In this document: positions 21,201 to 29,368 of the stretch, piece after piece
Numbering within the stretch: position 1 is the first letter of the stretch
Layout: each line of letters opens with the position of its first letter
From: a virus
Lineage: Duplodnaviria; Caudoviricetes
DNA length: 64,000 nucleotides
Virus record (IMG/VR): IMGVR_UViG_3300050645_000010
Location: 2,234-66,233 of that record
Reading direction: 5' to 3' (one strand)
Translations under genes and position numbers: made by a program
The notes under the pieces: model-generated
The model's input: the letters and a program-made list of their open reading frames with translations, nothing else
Told to the model about the DNA's origin: nothing
Database searches by the model: none

Positions 21201-21615
21201 TTCGTGGGTCGCGGAAGATGGACCGGAAGCGATCATACCGCTTGGGTCAAATCGGCGCGAACGGGGCTTGCAGTTGTGGCTGCAAGCTGGCGAGATGATG
21301 GGCATCACGGAATTCGCAGACGGCGGCATATTCGCGCCATACGCCGGGGCGTTGTCACAGGCGAGCGAATACCTCGATGATGACGATGACGGCGGAAACG
21401 ATAGGATACCCGCCCGTAGCGGCGTATTCGTGGGCGGCGGCGACGGGACAAAGGAAATCAGCGTGAGCGTTGCGGCGAACCCAACGTTCATCATTCAGGG
21501 TGGCGACGGCGGCGACATAGTGGCGAAAATCAAAGAGAAGCAAAAGGAAATCGCCGATATATTGGGCGAAGAAATCGCTGAAACAGTCGAGGACCTTGTT
21601 TCAAATATGGTGTAG
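15271..21615 (+). CDS. Tape measure protein, about 2114 aa
   Basis: TP901-type core (FSATQASEGMQYLASSGW), TM-like segment, long helical repeats, C-terminal AEGG...VAEDGPEAIIPL. Confidence 0.95.
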   Translation: MEQIFRIEIPVEAIDKTDNASLRQLESTLQKMFTLFAESKSKSKDTFSAVDKGAKEAADSIEKVSAAAKDTTQSFEKIEHAADGAASAQSESGSEAEAAGKKAEKAVEGVAEAYEDTASKAKKAGQATGSSFDGAGQRADKFTERMEKSNQQIQKMNNTKIRLVMEALDRATPVLKEIWGYASKFGSKVWSVAVRMKDLITAPFRKLYHMLTSPITVALSVAGIGLSANDLVTTFNGFEKGMSAVRALTGATDEEFLLLKQTAKDLGAETAFSATQASEGMQYLASSGWNANEIVAAMPGLLDLAAAGATELGTAADIVASVMTAMGMKANEATRAADVFAQTASASNASVEDLGETLKYAAPIAHSFGLSLEEVSAIAGMMANAGIKGSMAGTAIRSSLLGMASPSKEAAKLLKQLKMSFTNTDGTMKDMSVIVGDLTEKFSKLTEKQKLQYAETLFGTYGASAWLGVIDQGASVYDKFTSSLENSTGAAKEMATIRLDNLAGDMEALGGAVETAKLEIMDKLDPYLRSAVQWLTGKIPMIQEKIESAIDSVIEKVKAIKDHVQGVFDSEEFKDADGFAEKLFVAWDKIIVEPFEGWWNSGGRETVLGILSRVGTSMGEMLKGLFLGAFSAITGQNVDFEGFNMSGIAKAGIESATTFVSSFINAIDFKGLAAKLPALIGAIISDALKLITGGSPTSIISALLVGKGAVTAVKGVSTVSRLLTGLKTALFGVSTVAGTAGTATASVGATAATAATGVAKATTVLGGLKTVLAAIPVWGWVAAAVITAAAIGIKLYTDAQERHRQQLLHMGDSVEEAADNWRTSVDHVNEATAIIDDVKEVQLKLEVSQTGLSTQDVQNLKTELSQLESRKAEIEVMLAEKGLTIEEVRSMNEELKAIADKKAQIDVTLTESGLTADEVTQLAGELQSIQDRKAEIEAKTAAGGLTYSEIQAYAEEYDRISDREAEINAYLSEKGLTAEEIKTLAADIQDIEGREAVINAKLDEAGMTAEEISAIVDELDRIESRTAEINVLLSGNSLTMEQISELVKELNAIQSQKAEVEAKIAETGLTTEQLTAYADELNSIDSKKVVIEAMLADGSLTEAEVATYSAELAKITDRRAEIEAELAEQGLTVEQVQNLADQLSAISDREAEIKITLSSGGLTEEEVALIASYFAEIESKEASITATMSESSLTSEEITAYVAELEKITSRKAEIDVILTAASLTTEEFAALETELNSIKDRKAEIEMKIAAGGLTQSELSSLRSEYASLTDREATIKLMQSAEGMTQEQLGALNEELDGIYSREAEIKASMSKAGMTEEEIAKVSAEVSSIADRKATLNILLSESSLTSEEIQAYQDELDALYSKLIEVSNGLISQKDIENGKAEERIALLEKQLELEREIARINLEREVIEGRKTTGERGEKRDEYYANYEQTQTESSEIADARANMIMYRTQYELIQSQLDLMFTKNKLKPGQEGYVSDEALGAWIESTYYPTIDTISTGIDENVRPYAGTGIGSYEEHKLIDFGTDTILENMDADIQSIMGAEERGAQDSAYWYEQYRTKNADLVKQYMGEKSLIEMTAFKGTGLEGKTLEEVAAQYNTLGYKERELFSQAMQAFTEMTAGIDYLADADKIQPMSIWKTAYESTAQPEAEPGTPATVHQSARETISALQYRNATDENNDTLFTQLLKDNETAYGKLSELQTAYAEGKDTSELLTYFKERYGQEFTEEDIAAILEKIKLERQQIFNDQYEAITKTADTISAIDEQITATQQKIAELTEKAQKLQEAYDLVEKLKTQYGALTEEGKIEFANSEEGAAALKEINTALEGLGLDKITSLEDLSSAVASIQGAQGENTNAIDALNQSLGELTTDKIEALIAIEDALSTVQWNATNADRLKQIPEALKMSAEDVNRFSQVSENIGNCREQVKQLKTQLDDLKGTYDVTVNVKYKFSTANYTPGSVGKNAEGGIYDGRMLSWVAEDGPEAIIPLGSNRRERGLQLWLQAGEMMGITEFADGGIFAPYAGALSQASEYLDDDDDGGNDRIPARSGVFVGGGDGTKEISVSVAANPTFIIQGGDGGDIVAKIKEKQKEIADILGEEIAETVEDLVSNMV
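17821..19390 (+). repeat. 16 complete plus 1 partial 93-nt (31-aa) tandem repeats in the tape measure gene
   Basis: (G/S)(L/M)TxE...EL..I..R.AEI units start at 17821, 17914 ... 18844 ... 19309, an exact 93-nt period. Confidence 0.9.
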
Positions 21616-21628
21616 GGAGGTGCGCAAG

Positions 21629-22660
21629 ATGGACATCTATTTGACTTCGATCAAGTCGGGTGAACGGATACGCATACCCCTACTCCCCGACCGCGTGAAT
21701 GTCAAAACCGGCGCCGCGACAATTTCAAGTACAATCATCAACTTGGGCGAGGTCAAAATACCCCGTGGGAGCAATCTCACGGGGTATTCATGGAATGGCA
21801 CTTTCCCCGGCGCGCATTTGCAGAATGCGCAGTTCGTGAAAGGTTGGCAATCCCCGGACAAGCTCATTGCTTCGATGATAAATTTCATGGAGCAGGGGGA
21901 AACGCTTCGCTTGATGATAACCGAATTGACGGTCAATGATGATGTGTTCATTGACGGATTCAATTATGAGTATTACGGCGGTGCCGGGGACGTGTCCTAC
22001 ACGTTGTCTTTAACACGACGCCGCGCGGTGACAATATCGACGGTGCCTCCGCAGCCGGTAACACCCCCACCGCCCACGGGAGGCGAGCCACCGTCAGACA
22101 CGCCGAAGAAATACGGAACGGTAAAGCTCAATAACAAGAACAGTCATTTGAATGTGCGGAAAAAAGCATCGACGAGCGCGGCGATTGTCGGCAAATTGAA
22201 GCACGGCGCAACCGTTGAGATCATTTCAAAAACGGGAAATTGGTATCAAATCGTATACGCGAAGGGGACAAACGGCAAGGCGTATGTGTATGCGAGCTAT
22301 ATCAAGGTGAATACGACAACGACTTCGACGAGCGGTAGCAGCGCAAGCAGCGGGTCGAAGACATCAACGTCTACAAGCACGGCCCCCAAAGCGGCGGCAA
22401 GCACAACGACCGCACCATCAACATCAACAACCTACACGGTGAAGAGCGGGGACACGCTCTATTCGATCGCGAAGGCGAAGCTCGGTGACGGCAGCAGATA
22501 TACCGAGATTTACGCACTCAACAAAACGACGATCGACGCGAAGAACAAGGGAAAGAAGTGTTCAAAGTACACGGTTTATGTCGGAACCACGCTTCGCCTT
22601 CCCACGCAAAAGGCGTCAGTCGGCGGCGGAGGCGGTAAGGTTGTGGCGGCCGCGTATTAA
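21629..22660 (+). CDS. XkdP-like tail/baseplate protein with SH3 and LysM domains
   Basis: SHLNVRKKAS...WYQI (SH3b), YTVKSGDTLYSIAK (LysM), Pro-rich and Thr/Ser-rich linkers. Confidence 0.85.
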   Translation: MDIYLTSIKSGERIRIPLLPDRVNVKTGAATISSTIINLGEVKIPRGSNLTGYSWNGTFPGAHLQNAQFVKGWQSPDKLIASMINFMEQGETLRLMITELTVNDDVFIDGFNYEYYGGAGDVSYTLSLTRRRAVTISTVPPQPVTPPPPTGGEPPSDTPKKYGTVKLNNKNSHLNVRKKASTSAAIVGKLKHGATVEIISKTGNWYQIVYAKGTNGKAYVYASYIKVNTTTTSTSGSSASSGSKTSTSTSTAPKAAASTTTAPSTSTTYTVKSGDTLYSIAKAKLGDGSRYTEIYALNKTTIDAKNKGKKCSKYTVYVGTTLRLPTQKASVGGGGGKVVAAAY

Positions 22661-22672
22661 GGCGGTGATTGC

Positions 22673-23668
22673 ATGACGGTTGACCTGCCGAACATCGTTT
22701 ATAGCGTTGTAGCGGTTTTGTCAGACGGAACACAGGTGCATTTGACCAAGGCGGCAAGCAATATCGGATGGGAAGAAAACGACAAGGAACTCGCGGTAAG
22801 GTTGAACCTTACAATAAGCGACGTTCAATTCGGAAACAAGCGCCTTGCGGCGGTTTTGTCATTGTGCACCGTCATTTATTTGTATGCGAATTACGGTATC
22901 GGGGATGTTGAAATATGGCGCGGTACTATTTGGGAGTGGGAATATTCGCAGATCAACGACAGCGATATAGTTGTTACGTGTTATGACCAATTGTATTATT
23001 TGCAGAAGTCGCAAGACAACAAATACTATGCAAAAGGGAAAGGCACAAAAACGATCATAACCGATATTCTCACATCATGGAGTGTACCGATTGGGACATA
23101 TGCGGGTCCTGATGTCAAACATGCAAAGATATTGTACAAGAACAAAACAATATCTTCAATGATTATCGAAACGCTCGACGATGCAAAAAAGTTGGGTGGC
23201 GGGAAGTCGTTGGTTCGCTCGTCAAAGGGCAAGGCTGAAATAGTAAAGTATGGCGCGAACGAAGATGTGTTTGTGTTCTCTGCGGACCATAACCTTGTGA
23301 TGAGTTCTGATAAATATAGTATGGTCGATTTGGTGACACGGGTTGTCATCGTCGGTAAAGAAGACAAGAACGGAAAGCCCAAGGTTCAGGCGACATTGAA
23401 TGGGAAAACAGAATACGGAATTTTGCAGCAGATTCATTCGCGTGGTGATTCATCGCTTTCAGAAGCAAAAAAAGAAGCGCAGGAAATACTCGATGAAAAG
23501 GGATCGCCGAAACGAACGACAACGCTTCGATCCCCGGATTTGCCGTTTTTGCGGAAGGGCGATAAGATTTACGTCGAGACAGATTCGATGACGGGATACT
23601 TTTTCGTCAAGGGCGTTTCGCACAGCGCGACAAATGGACAGATGAACATGGAGGTCGAGCCGGTATGA
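22673..23668 (+). CDS. Baseplate hub protein (XkdQ/YqbQ-like)
   Basis: Synteny; YDQLYYLQKSQD motif. Confidence 0.75.
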   Translation: MTVDLPNIVYSVVAVLSDGTQVHLTKAASNIGWEENDKELAVRLNLTISDVQFGNKRLAAVLSLCTVIYLYANYGIGDVEIWRGTIWEWEYSQINDSDIVVTCYDQLYYLQKSQDNKYYAKGKGTKTIITDILTSWSVPIGTYAGPDVKHAKILYKNKTISSMIIETLDDAKKLGGGKSLVRSSKGKAEIVKYGANEDVFVFSADHNLVMSSDKYSMVDLVTRVVIVGKEDKNGKPKVQATLNGKTEYGILQQIHSRGDSSLSEAKKEAQEILDEKGSPKRTTTLRSPDLPFLRKGDKIYVETDSMTGYFFVKGVSHSATNGQMNMEVEPV

Positions 23669-24042
23669 GTGGCGGACAGAATTCCCCGGGATTAAGCAAA
23701 CTTGCGAGCGTAATTAAGGGGATCGCAAAAGGCGAACAAGACACGACGCCGGTATTGGACTTCGGGGAGATTCGAGAGGATTACAGTTTGCTATGCAACA
23801 TGTATTCCATACCGATACCCAAGAGCGATTACCAGATATGCAGGTATTTGACGTATGGCGACAGCGAAACAAAAACGACGAGCAGCGTTTCGGTGGGCGA
23901 TCATGGCGGACACAGCCACACGGTGAGCATCGTTCGCGGGAAAGATAAGAAAGTGAGCGCCGGCGACCGCGTTTTGGTGGCTTGGGTCGGCGATGATCCT
24001 GTTGTTATCGACGTGATATTACCTGCGGAAGACGTGTTTTAA
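23665..24042 (+). CDS. Baseplate spike protein (XkdR-like)
   Basis: LDFGEI, HGGHSH metal-binding tip, GDRVLVAWV. Confidence 0.7.
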   Translation: MSGGQNSPGLSKLASVIKGIAKGEQDTTPVLDFGEIREDYSLLCNMYSIPIPKSDYQICRYLTYGDSETKTTSSVSVGDHGGHSHTVSIVRGKDKKVSAGDRVLVAWVGDDPVVIDVILPAEDVF

Positions 24043-24056
24043 TTGGGGGTGCTAAA

Positions 24057-24500
24057 ATGGCGGACGCATTGTATCCCGTGTTTGAAATCCCTTCGGTGAC
24101 GGCGATCAGCACGGAAGCGCAGCGCGAGTATAAGCCGTCGCCTATGTTTGATTACGAAAAGGGCGATTTCGTCAGAGACGGCGCGAACCGCATTGTAATG
24201 TGCGATGGGTACGAGGGGTTCAAACAGTGGTGCATTAAAGCCCTTAAAACGGAGCGTGGCTCGTGCTTGACATATTCGGGTGTAGGAATAGAGAGCGAGG
24301 CGGCATCAGCCGAGAGCGGGCGTCTGGCGGTTCAGGCGGCTTATGAGCGGACCATTACGGAAACGTTGCTCATGAATCCCAATACGGAGCGGGTGAAAAA
24401 CTTCGAATTCGAATGGGATGCAAATGAGCTTCAGATCAGCTTTACGATTCAGGCGCGCGATTGGGTCGCGTTCAACATCGAACTTAGCGTTGTGGCGTAG
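24057..24500 (+). CDS. Baseplate wedge/gp25-like protein (XkdS/DUF2634-like)
   Basis: QWCIKALKTER...ITETLLMNPNTERV motif. Confidence 0.75.
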   Translation: MADALYPVFEIPSVTAISTEAQREYKPSPMFDYEKGDFVRDGANRIVMCDGYEGFKQWCIKALKTERGSCLTYSGVGIESEAASAESGRLAVQAAYERTITETLLMNPNTERVKNFEFEWDANELQISFTIQARDWVAFNIELSVVA

Positions 24501-24512
24501 GAGGTGAACAGC

Positions 24513-25649
24513 ATGGAAACGGATACCACATATACGCCGCCCGTGATGCTCGAAGAGATTGACGATGAAGTGATTCACGCGCGGATGATGGAGGCGTTGC
24601 CCGGAGACATTGACAAAACCGAAGGCGGATTCGCATATGACTTCACGAAGCCCGCGGCACTAGAAAAAGCGTCGATGATGGTTGACTTGAACGAAGCGAT
24701 TCAATTGTTCTTCCCTGCGTGGTCGTATGGCGTATGGCTTGACCAGATCGCATCGACGGTCGGGTTGAGCAGGAAGGCGGCAAATCCCGCGACGGGAGTA
24801 TTGACGATTAAAGGCGTCGAAGGTACGACGATCGCGGCGGGCTTTTTATTCGCAACGCCATCGACAAGCGCAAACCCGAACATAGAGTTTGAGGCGACGG
24901 AAACGGTGGTCATTGGAAGCTCGTTGTATGCGTCGGTTCCTGTAAAATGCGTGGAGGCGGGACCGGTCGGCAACGTACCGGCAAACAGCGTTACGCTCAT
25001 GGTTTCCCCTATCGGCGGAATTGCGACGATCACAAACGAATCAGCGTTCACGGGCGGCGCTGACGAAGAAGACGATGATACATTGCGCGAGCGGATACAG
25101 GAGCGCGACCTTGATTCGGAAGCGTCTTTCGTCGGCAACATCTCGGATTACAGACGGTGGGCGAAAGAAGTATCTGGTGTCGGGGATGTCATAGTGATGC
25201 CGGAATGGATGGGCAAGGGAACAGGAACGATTAAGCTCATTATCATGGACAGCAACGGATCACCGGCAAATCAGACCATATTGGATGCGGTGTATGAATA
25301 CATCATGTCGCCGGAAGATGAAGACGGTCGCAAAGCTCCTGTCGGAGCAATTTTGACGGTCGCGACAGCGCAGCTTGTTGTGATTTCAATCGGCGCAGAG
25401 GTTTTGCTTGAAGATGGTGCTGATGTCGGGACGGTCACGGCGGCTTTCAAGTCGGCGTTCGAAGCGTATTTCGCGGAGGCAAAAACGGAAGGCGCGGTGC
25501 GGTATACGCGCGTGGGCAGCATTTTGAGCATGACGGAAGGCATTGTTGATTACGCATCGCTTACTTTAAACGGAGCATCAGCAAATATCGCCATTGACAA
25601 AGACGAATACCCCGGAACCGGGGATATAAGTTTGGTGGTGGCGACATGA
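24513..25649 (+). CDS. Baseplate J-like protein (XkdT)
   Basis: DIDKTEGGFAYD, FTGGADEEDDDTLRERI, GNISDYRRWA. Confidence 0.9.
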   Translation: METDTTYTPPVMLEEIDDEVIHARMMEALPGDIDKTEGGFAYDFTKPAALEKASMMVDLNEAIQLFFPAWSYGVWLDQIASTVGLSRKAANPATGVLTIKGVEGTTIAAGFLFATPSTSANPNIEFEATETVVIGSSLYASVPVKCVEAGPVGNVPANSVTLMVSPIGGIATITNESAFTGGADEEDDDTLRERIQERDLDSEASFVGNISDYRRWAKEVSGVGDVIVMPEWMGKGTGTIKLIIMDSNGSPANQTILDAVYEYIMSPEDEDGRKAPVGAILTVATAQLVVISIGAEVLLEDGADVGTVTAAFKSAFEAYFAEAKTEGAVRYTRVGSILSMTEGIVDYASLTLNGASANIAIDKDEYPGTGDISLVVAT

Positions 25650-26344
25650 TCGAATTGCAGGAAAGAATCTTGACAACTGAAACTTCGAAAAGAATGCTCA
25701 AAATGGTATCGCCCATATACGACAATAGCTATGTCGGGTTATGGCTCATCGAAACCATCGGGCGCGAGTACGAAGGATTATGGGGGATCATAAATTCGTT
25801 CCCATTGCAGTTGGCGCCGGACACCGTAACATGGGCAATTGAGCTTTGGGAAAAGCGGTATGGGATTTCGCCGGATGAAACAAAAACGATTGAGCAGCGG
25901 CGAGCGGCCATAATCACGATGCGAAGTGTGCCAAGGCCGTTGACGCCCCATTCGTTGCGCGCGCGGCTCTTTGATTTAACGGGACGATGGGCGGAGATCG
26001 ACGAACACATTGGGGATTTCACATTTGGGGTCTACCTCGAATCCTCGGATGGCATGCAAATTTCGGATTTTACGGGCCTGTTGAAGTACATCGACAAGCA
26101 CAAACAGGCGCACATGTCATACGAACTTTGGTTTCAAACGTCCCAAAGCATCAGAGTGTCGGTAAGCACGGGATATTGGGCATTGCAATACCCGATGACC
26201 GGCACGGCAGATGCGGGCACGCTGCCGGACACAAGCATGATCGGAGGCAGCGTAAGCCCAGGCATTCGCGCGTCGCCAGCAATCAGCGGGTACAAATACG
26301 ATTACGGGATGTGCGGAACCTTGGCGTGCGGCGCGAGCGGATAA
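25646..26344 (+). CDS. Baseplate protein I-like (XkdU/YmfQ)
   Basis: TWAIELWEKRYGI...IDKHKQAHM. Confidence 0.75.
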   Translation: MIELQERILTTETSKRMLKMVSPIYDNSYVGLWLIETIGREYEGLWGIINSFPLQLAPDTVTWAIELWEKRYGISPDETKTIEQRRAAIITMRSVPRPLTPHSLRARLFDLTGRWAEIDEHIGDFTFGVYLESSDGMQISDFTGLLKYIDKHKQAHMSYELWFQTSQSIRVSVSTGYWALQYPMTGTADAGTLPDTSMIGGSVSPGIRASPAISGYKYDYGMCGTLACGASG

Positions 26345-26361
26345 GAAAGGGGTGAGAAGGT

Positions 26362-26667
26362 ATGTTGACAGCGACCGCGTTGAATTCGTTGCGCGATTGC
26401 ATACAGAACAATATTTCGTATGCGAGATACAAAGTCGGCAGCACGTATTATACCGCAGAGATACGGAGTTCGTATGTGATGAGCGATGGAAGATTGGCGA
26501 TAACGTTTATCATCGATCACACGTTGCCCGGCGACATAACGGTATCGGAAGTGCAATTGTACGACCATAACGGCGTGATGTGGGCGAGCAAAGCTGAAAG
26601 CATTGTGCGCAAGGCGTTGCAGCAGGGCATTTTGTATCGGTTTACGTTTTCGGTCGCGGAGGGATAG
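26362..26667 (+). CDS. Hypothetical baseplate/tail fibre-associated protein
   Basis: SD GGGGTG; synteny. Confidence 0.6.
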   Translation: MLTATALNSLRDCIQNNISYARYKVGSTYYTAEIRSSYVMSDGRLAITFIIDHTLPGDITVSEVQLYDHNGVMWASKAESIVRKALQQGILYRFTFSVAEG

Positions 26668-26680
26668 GAGGTGAAAACAG

Positions 26681-27190
26681 GTGCCATACAAGATTACGGG
26701 ATGGAAAGATCACGTCGTGCAAAGGCCCAAGACGTATACAATCGTCGATAACCCGGATGGATCAAAGACGTTGGTTGACGCTCCGGGCGAAACCATTCAG
26801 CAAGGCACACCGATGAGCGCGACAAATTTCAATAACGCTGAAACGGGCGTGGCAAATGCGAATTTCGGATTTGATGCGCTTTTTTCATACGTGTTCTTGA
26901 AAATCGGGCACTCCGGGTATTCGCTCGAAGGGTTAGAGGTGGCGTTGAAGGCTTACGCGGACGCGGCGAAAGCAGAGGCAAAAACATACGCCGATCAGGG
27001 CAAGGCGGAAGCAAAGAGTTATGCGGACGGGATTGTAGCCCCGGTATCGGCAAACGTCGCAACGCTGTTCAGGGAAATGGTATGGCTGAAAACGGCGGTC
27101 AATTTGTTCATTTCGACCACTCAAATGGAGCAGCGCAAGCAGGATGACCGAATCGTGGCGCTCGAAGCGTATGTAACGGCGCACCCATAA
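26681..27190 (+). CDS. Tail fibre proximal/adaptor protein
   Basis: WKDHVV...PGETIQQGTPMSATNFNNAE motif of phage tail proteins; C-terminal coiled coil. Confidence 0.6.
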   Translation: MPYKITGWKDHVVQRPKTYTIVDNPDGSKTLVDAPGETIQQGTPMSATNFNNAETGVANANFGFDALFSYVFLKIGHSGYSLEGLEVALKAYADAAKAEAKTYADQGKAEAKSYADGIVAPVSANVATLFREMVWLKTAVNLFISTTQMEQRKQDDRIVALEAYVTAHP

Positions 27191-27208
27191 CAGAATGGAG
27201 GGGTTTTC

Positions 27209-27460
27209 ATGTACCAGGTTTTGAGGAATTACCTTGAAAACGCCGCATACACGATGGACGATGCGCGCGAGCGCATCAATTACGCCGTGTCAAGCGGCGT
27301 CATCACGGCGGCACAGGCCGAAGAACTTTTGACGTTTGCGGAAACGCATGCGAGCGGCGGCACGGTTGGCGAGAAGGTGCGCACGCTCGAAGAGCGCATG
27401 GATGATGTCGAAGCGGCACTCGTGGAACTGGCGGGCATCATTGCCGAAATTGCGGGTTAA
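27209..27460 (+). CDS. Hypothetical protein (tail fibre assembly region)
   Basis: SD GGAGGG; LEERMDDVEAALVELA coiled coil. Confidence 0.6.
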   Translation: MYQVLRNYLENAAYTMDDARERINYAVSSGVITAAQAEELLTFAETHASGGTVGEKVRTLEERMDDVEAALVELAGIIAEIAG

Positions 27461-27474
27461 CGGAGGTGCGAAGC

Positions 27475-27636
27475 ATGGCTAAAATTTATTTTCGTAGGAT
27501 CAAGGCGGAGCTGATGACCATTGAGGAAGTGCCCGAGCGGTGGCGCGCGGAGGTACAGCAGATGCTTGACGAAGAAGGCATTTCGCCTCCGCAGAGCGGG
27601 AGCGGCGGCGAAGGCGATGCCGGAACGGAGGGATAA
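27475..27636 (+). CDS. CD1375/XkdX-like small protein, 53 aa (absent from the ORF track)
   Basis: SD GGAGGTG; MAKIYFRRIKAELMTIEEVPERWRAEV. Confidence 0.7.
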   Translation: MAKIYFRRIKAELMTIEEVPERWRAEVQQMLDEEGISPPQSGSGGEGDAGTEG

Positions 27637-27639
27637 GAA

Positions 27640-28872
27640 ATGCCTACGGCTTTAGACGCATTGGAGTTCCTCGCACAACAGCTTGGAAACGTGGTGAAGT
27701 ATGACGCCAGCGGCAACCCGTCGATTTTCGTGCCGTTCCCGAAGATCAAAGCGATTGATTTGGACGCGAGTTTGCCGGATCATGTACACCCCGCTTTCAT
27801 CGTGAATGGCGTGGAATATGACAGGCTCCTTATCGGGAAGTACATGGCATCGGAACTTTCGGCTGGCGGTACGCTATACAGTTTGCCGAACATGCCGCCC
27901 CGCGTTGAATTCACAGCAGATACATTCCTTACGCGCATGCGCGCGTTCGGAGGCGGGGCAAGCGGGAAGACAGTTGCGGAGAGCGGCCTCATTCTGTTGA
28001 TGGCAAAAAAGTACGGGTGGGTCCCGAAGGGCAACAACAACTACGGCGTCGATTACCGCGACGGTACGATGTGGGAATTGGCGAAGGCGTACACGGTCGG
28101 GACGAAGCGCGTATTTCAGGGCGTTGAATATAGCTGCTTGGTCGCGCACACGTCGGCATGGGAGAACAGGCCGGACATAAAGCCGACGTATTGGCAGCGC
28201 GGAAACCGCATCGGCGGCGTGCCTGTTGCATCGCAGATTTCGAGCACTGTACCGAACGGATACAACACGCTTACGGGATCTGGACCGATGAGTTGGATGC
28301 TGGACGGCACGGCCCGCAGCCTCGCGGATATTGTGGGCAATGCATATGAGCAAGACTACGGGTACAGGATTTTCGACGGCGAGATTCAAATCATTCAGGA
28401 CAACAACGCAGCACATCCCACCGCTGACTTGTCGGCGGGCAGCGCGGCATGGCGCGCAATCTTGCCGAACGTCGGGGACAATGGGCATACGTTGGTTGCC
28501 CCCGGTACACCGGGCACGCTCAAATGGGATGCGAGCGCGGCGACGAGCGGATACCCGATCCTTGATACGGTCGTGAACATTCGAACGACCGATTCGGCGT
28601 CGCGTGCGTTCAAAGACCTTACGCGGAACACGACCAACGTACCTTACGTGCCGTATATCCTGCAAGAGCTTGGGTTGTTCCCCATCAGCGGCGACACAAC
28701 GCAAGGCAGCGTATACATTCGCAATGATGCGGGCGCGGAGTTCTTCCCGCGGCGCGGCGGCTACTATAAATACGCGAGCAGCGCGGGGTTGGGCTGCGAG
28801 AGCGTCAACGGCACGCGCGGCGGCACTTACATCTACAACGGCGCGCGGCCCGCTTTTGTAGAACTGGCATAA
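27640..28872 (+). CDS. DGR target protein, Mtd-like CLec (FGE-type) fold; probable receptor-binding protein
   Basis: LIGKYMAS...LYSLP, ADIVGNAYE, C-terminal RRGG...GARP variable region matching the TR. Confidence 0.9.
   Translation: MPTALDALEFLAQQLGNVVKYDASGNPSIFVPFPKIKAIDLDASLPDHVHPAFIVNGVEYDRLLIGKYMASELSAGGTLYSLPNMPPRVEFTADTFLTRMRAFGGGASGKTVAESGLILLMAKKYGWVPKGNNNYGVDYRDGTMWELAKAYTVGTKRVFQGVEYSCLVAHTSAWENRPDIKPTYWQRGNRIGGVPVASQISSTVPNGYNTLTGSGPMSWMLDGTARSLADIVGNAYEQDYGYRIFDGEIQIIQDNNAAHPTADLSAGSAAWRAILPNVGDNGHTLVAPGTPGTLKWDASAATSGYPILDTVVNIRTTDSASRAFKDLTRNTTNVPYVPYILQELGLFPISGDTTQGSVYIRNDAGAEFFPRRGGYYKYASSAGLGCESVNGTRGGTYIYNGARPAFVELA
28738..28854 (+). repeat. DGR variable repeat (VR), 117 bp
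   Basis: Aligns ungapped to 29369-29485 with 13 mismatches, 12 of them at TR adenines. Confidence 0.97.
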
Positions 28873-28893
28873 CTGGATACTGAGCACTGGAAA

Positions 28894-28915
28894 GGGGCGC
28901 GCTTATGCGCGCCCC
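28894..28915. promoter_or_regulatory. DGR cis-acting hairpin/cruciform downstream of VR
   Basis: GGGGCGCGC-TTAT-GCGCGCCCC, perfect 9-bp stem 21 nt after the target stop codon. Confidence 0.85.
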
Positions 28916-28977
28916 CGGTCCCCCGTTCCCCGTTCCCCTCACTTAGCGGTCAAACAAGCATCGCGGGAGGTTTATAT

Positions 28978-29346
28978 ATGGCTGACTTAGCTATAAAAAC
29001 TAAAATATTGGATATGTTGCCGTACATGGATGACAGGCTCAAAAATTTCCCGAGGGAACAGAAAATGTCGTTGACGGTGCGCATACGGAACACCGGATAC
29101 GACATGCTGGAATTGAGCAGCAACATAGCGTCGGGATATTTCAATGCGTCAACGGTCAACGCATTGGACAAGAAAAACGCGGAGTTGAAATTGTACATAG
29201 AGTACGCAATGAAGCGACAATACATATCGACGCACCAATATAAGGTTTGGCTTGCGATGCTGGTTGAGATCGGAATGATGATCGGTGGGCTGAAAAAGGC
29301 ATTAGACGCGAAGCGTGTTCGCAATAATGCGGGGAATAAGCCATAA
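28978..29346 (+). CDS. avd: DGR accessory variability determinant
   Basis: 122 aa helical protein, KNFPREQKMSL and EIGMMIGGL motifs, located between VR and TR. Confidence 0.9.
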   Translation: MADLAIKTKILDMLPYMDDRLKNFPREQKMSLTVRIRNTGYDMLELSSNIASGYFNASTVNALDKKNAELKLYIEYAMKRQYISTHQYKVWLAMLVEIGMMIGGLKKALDAKRVRNNAGNKP

Positions 29347-29368
29347 GTTTGTGCGCCTTTGGTGTTGT

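Noticed and set aside
28863-28890. ACTG(G) short repeats around the target stop codon
   Set aside because: Four 4-5-mers in the IMH-to-hairpin interval; too short to separate from chance without comparative data.
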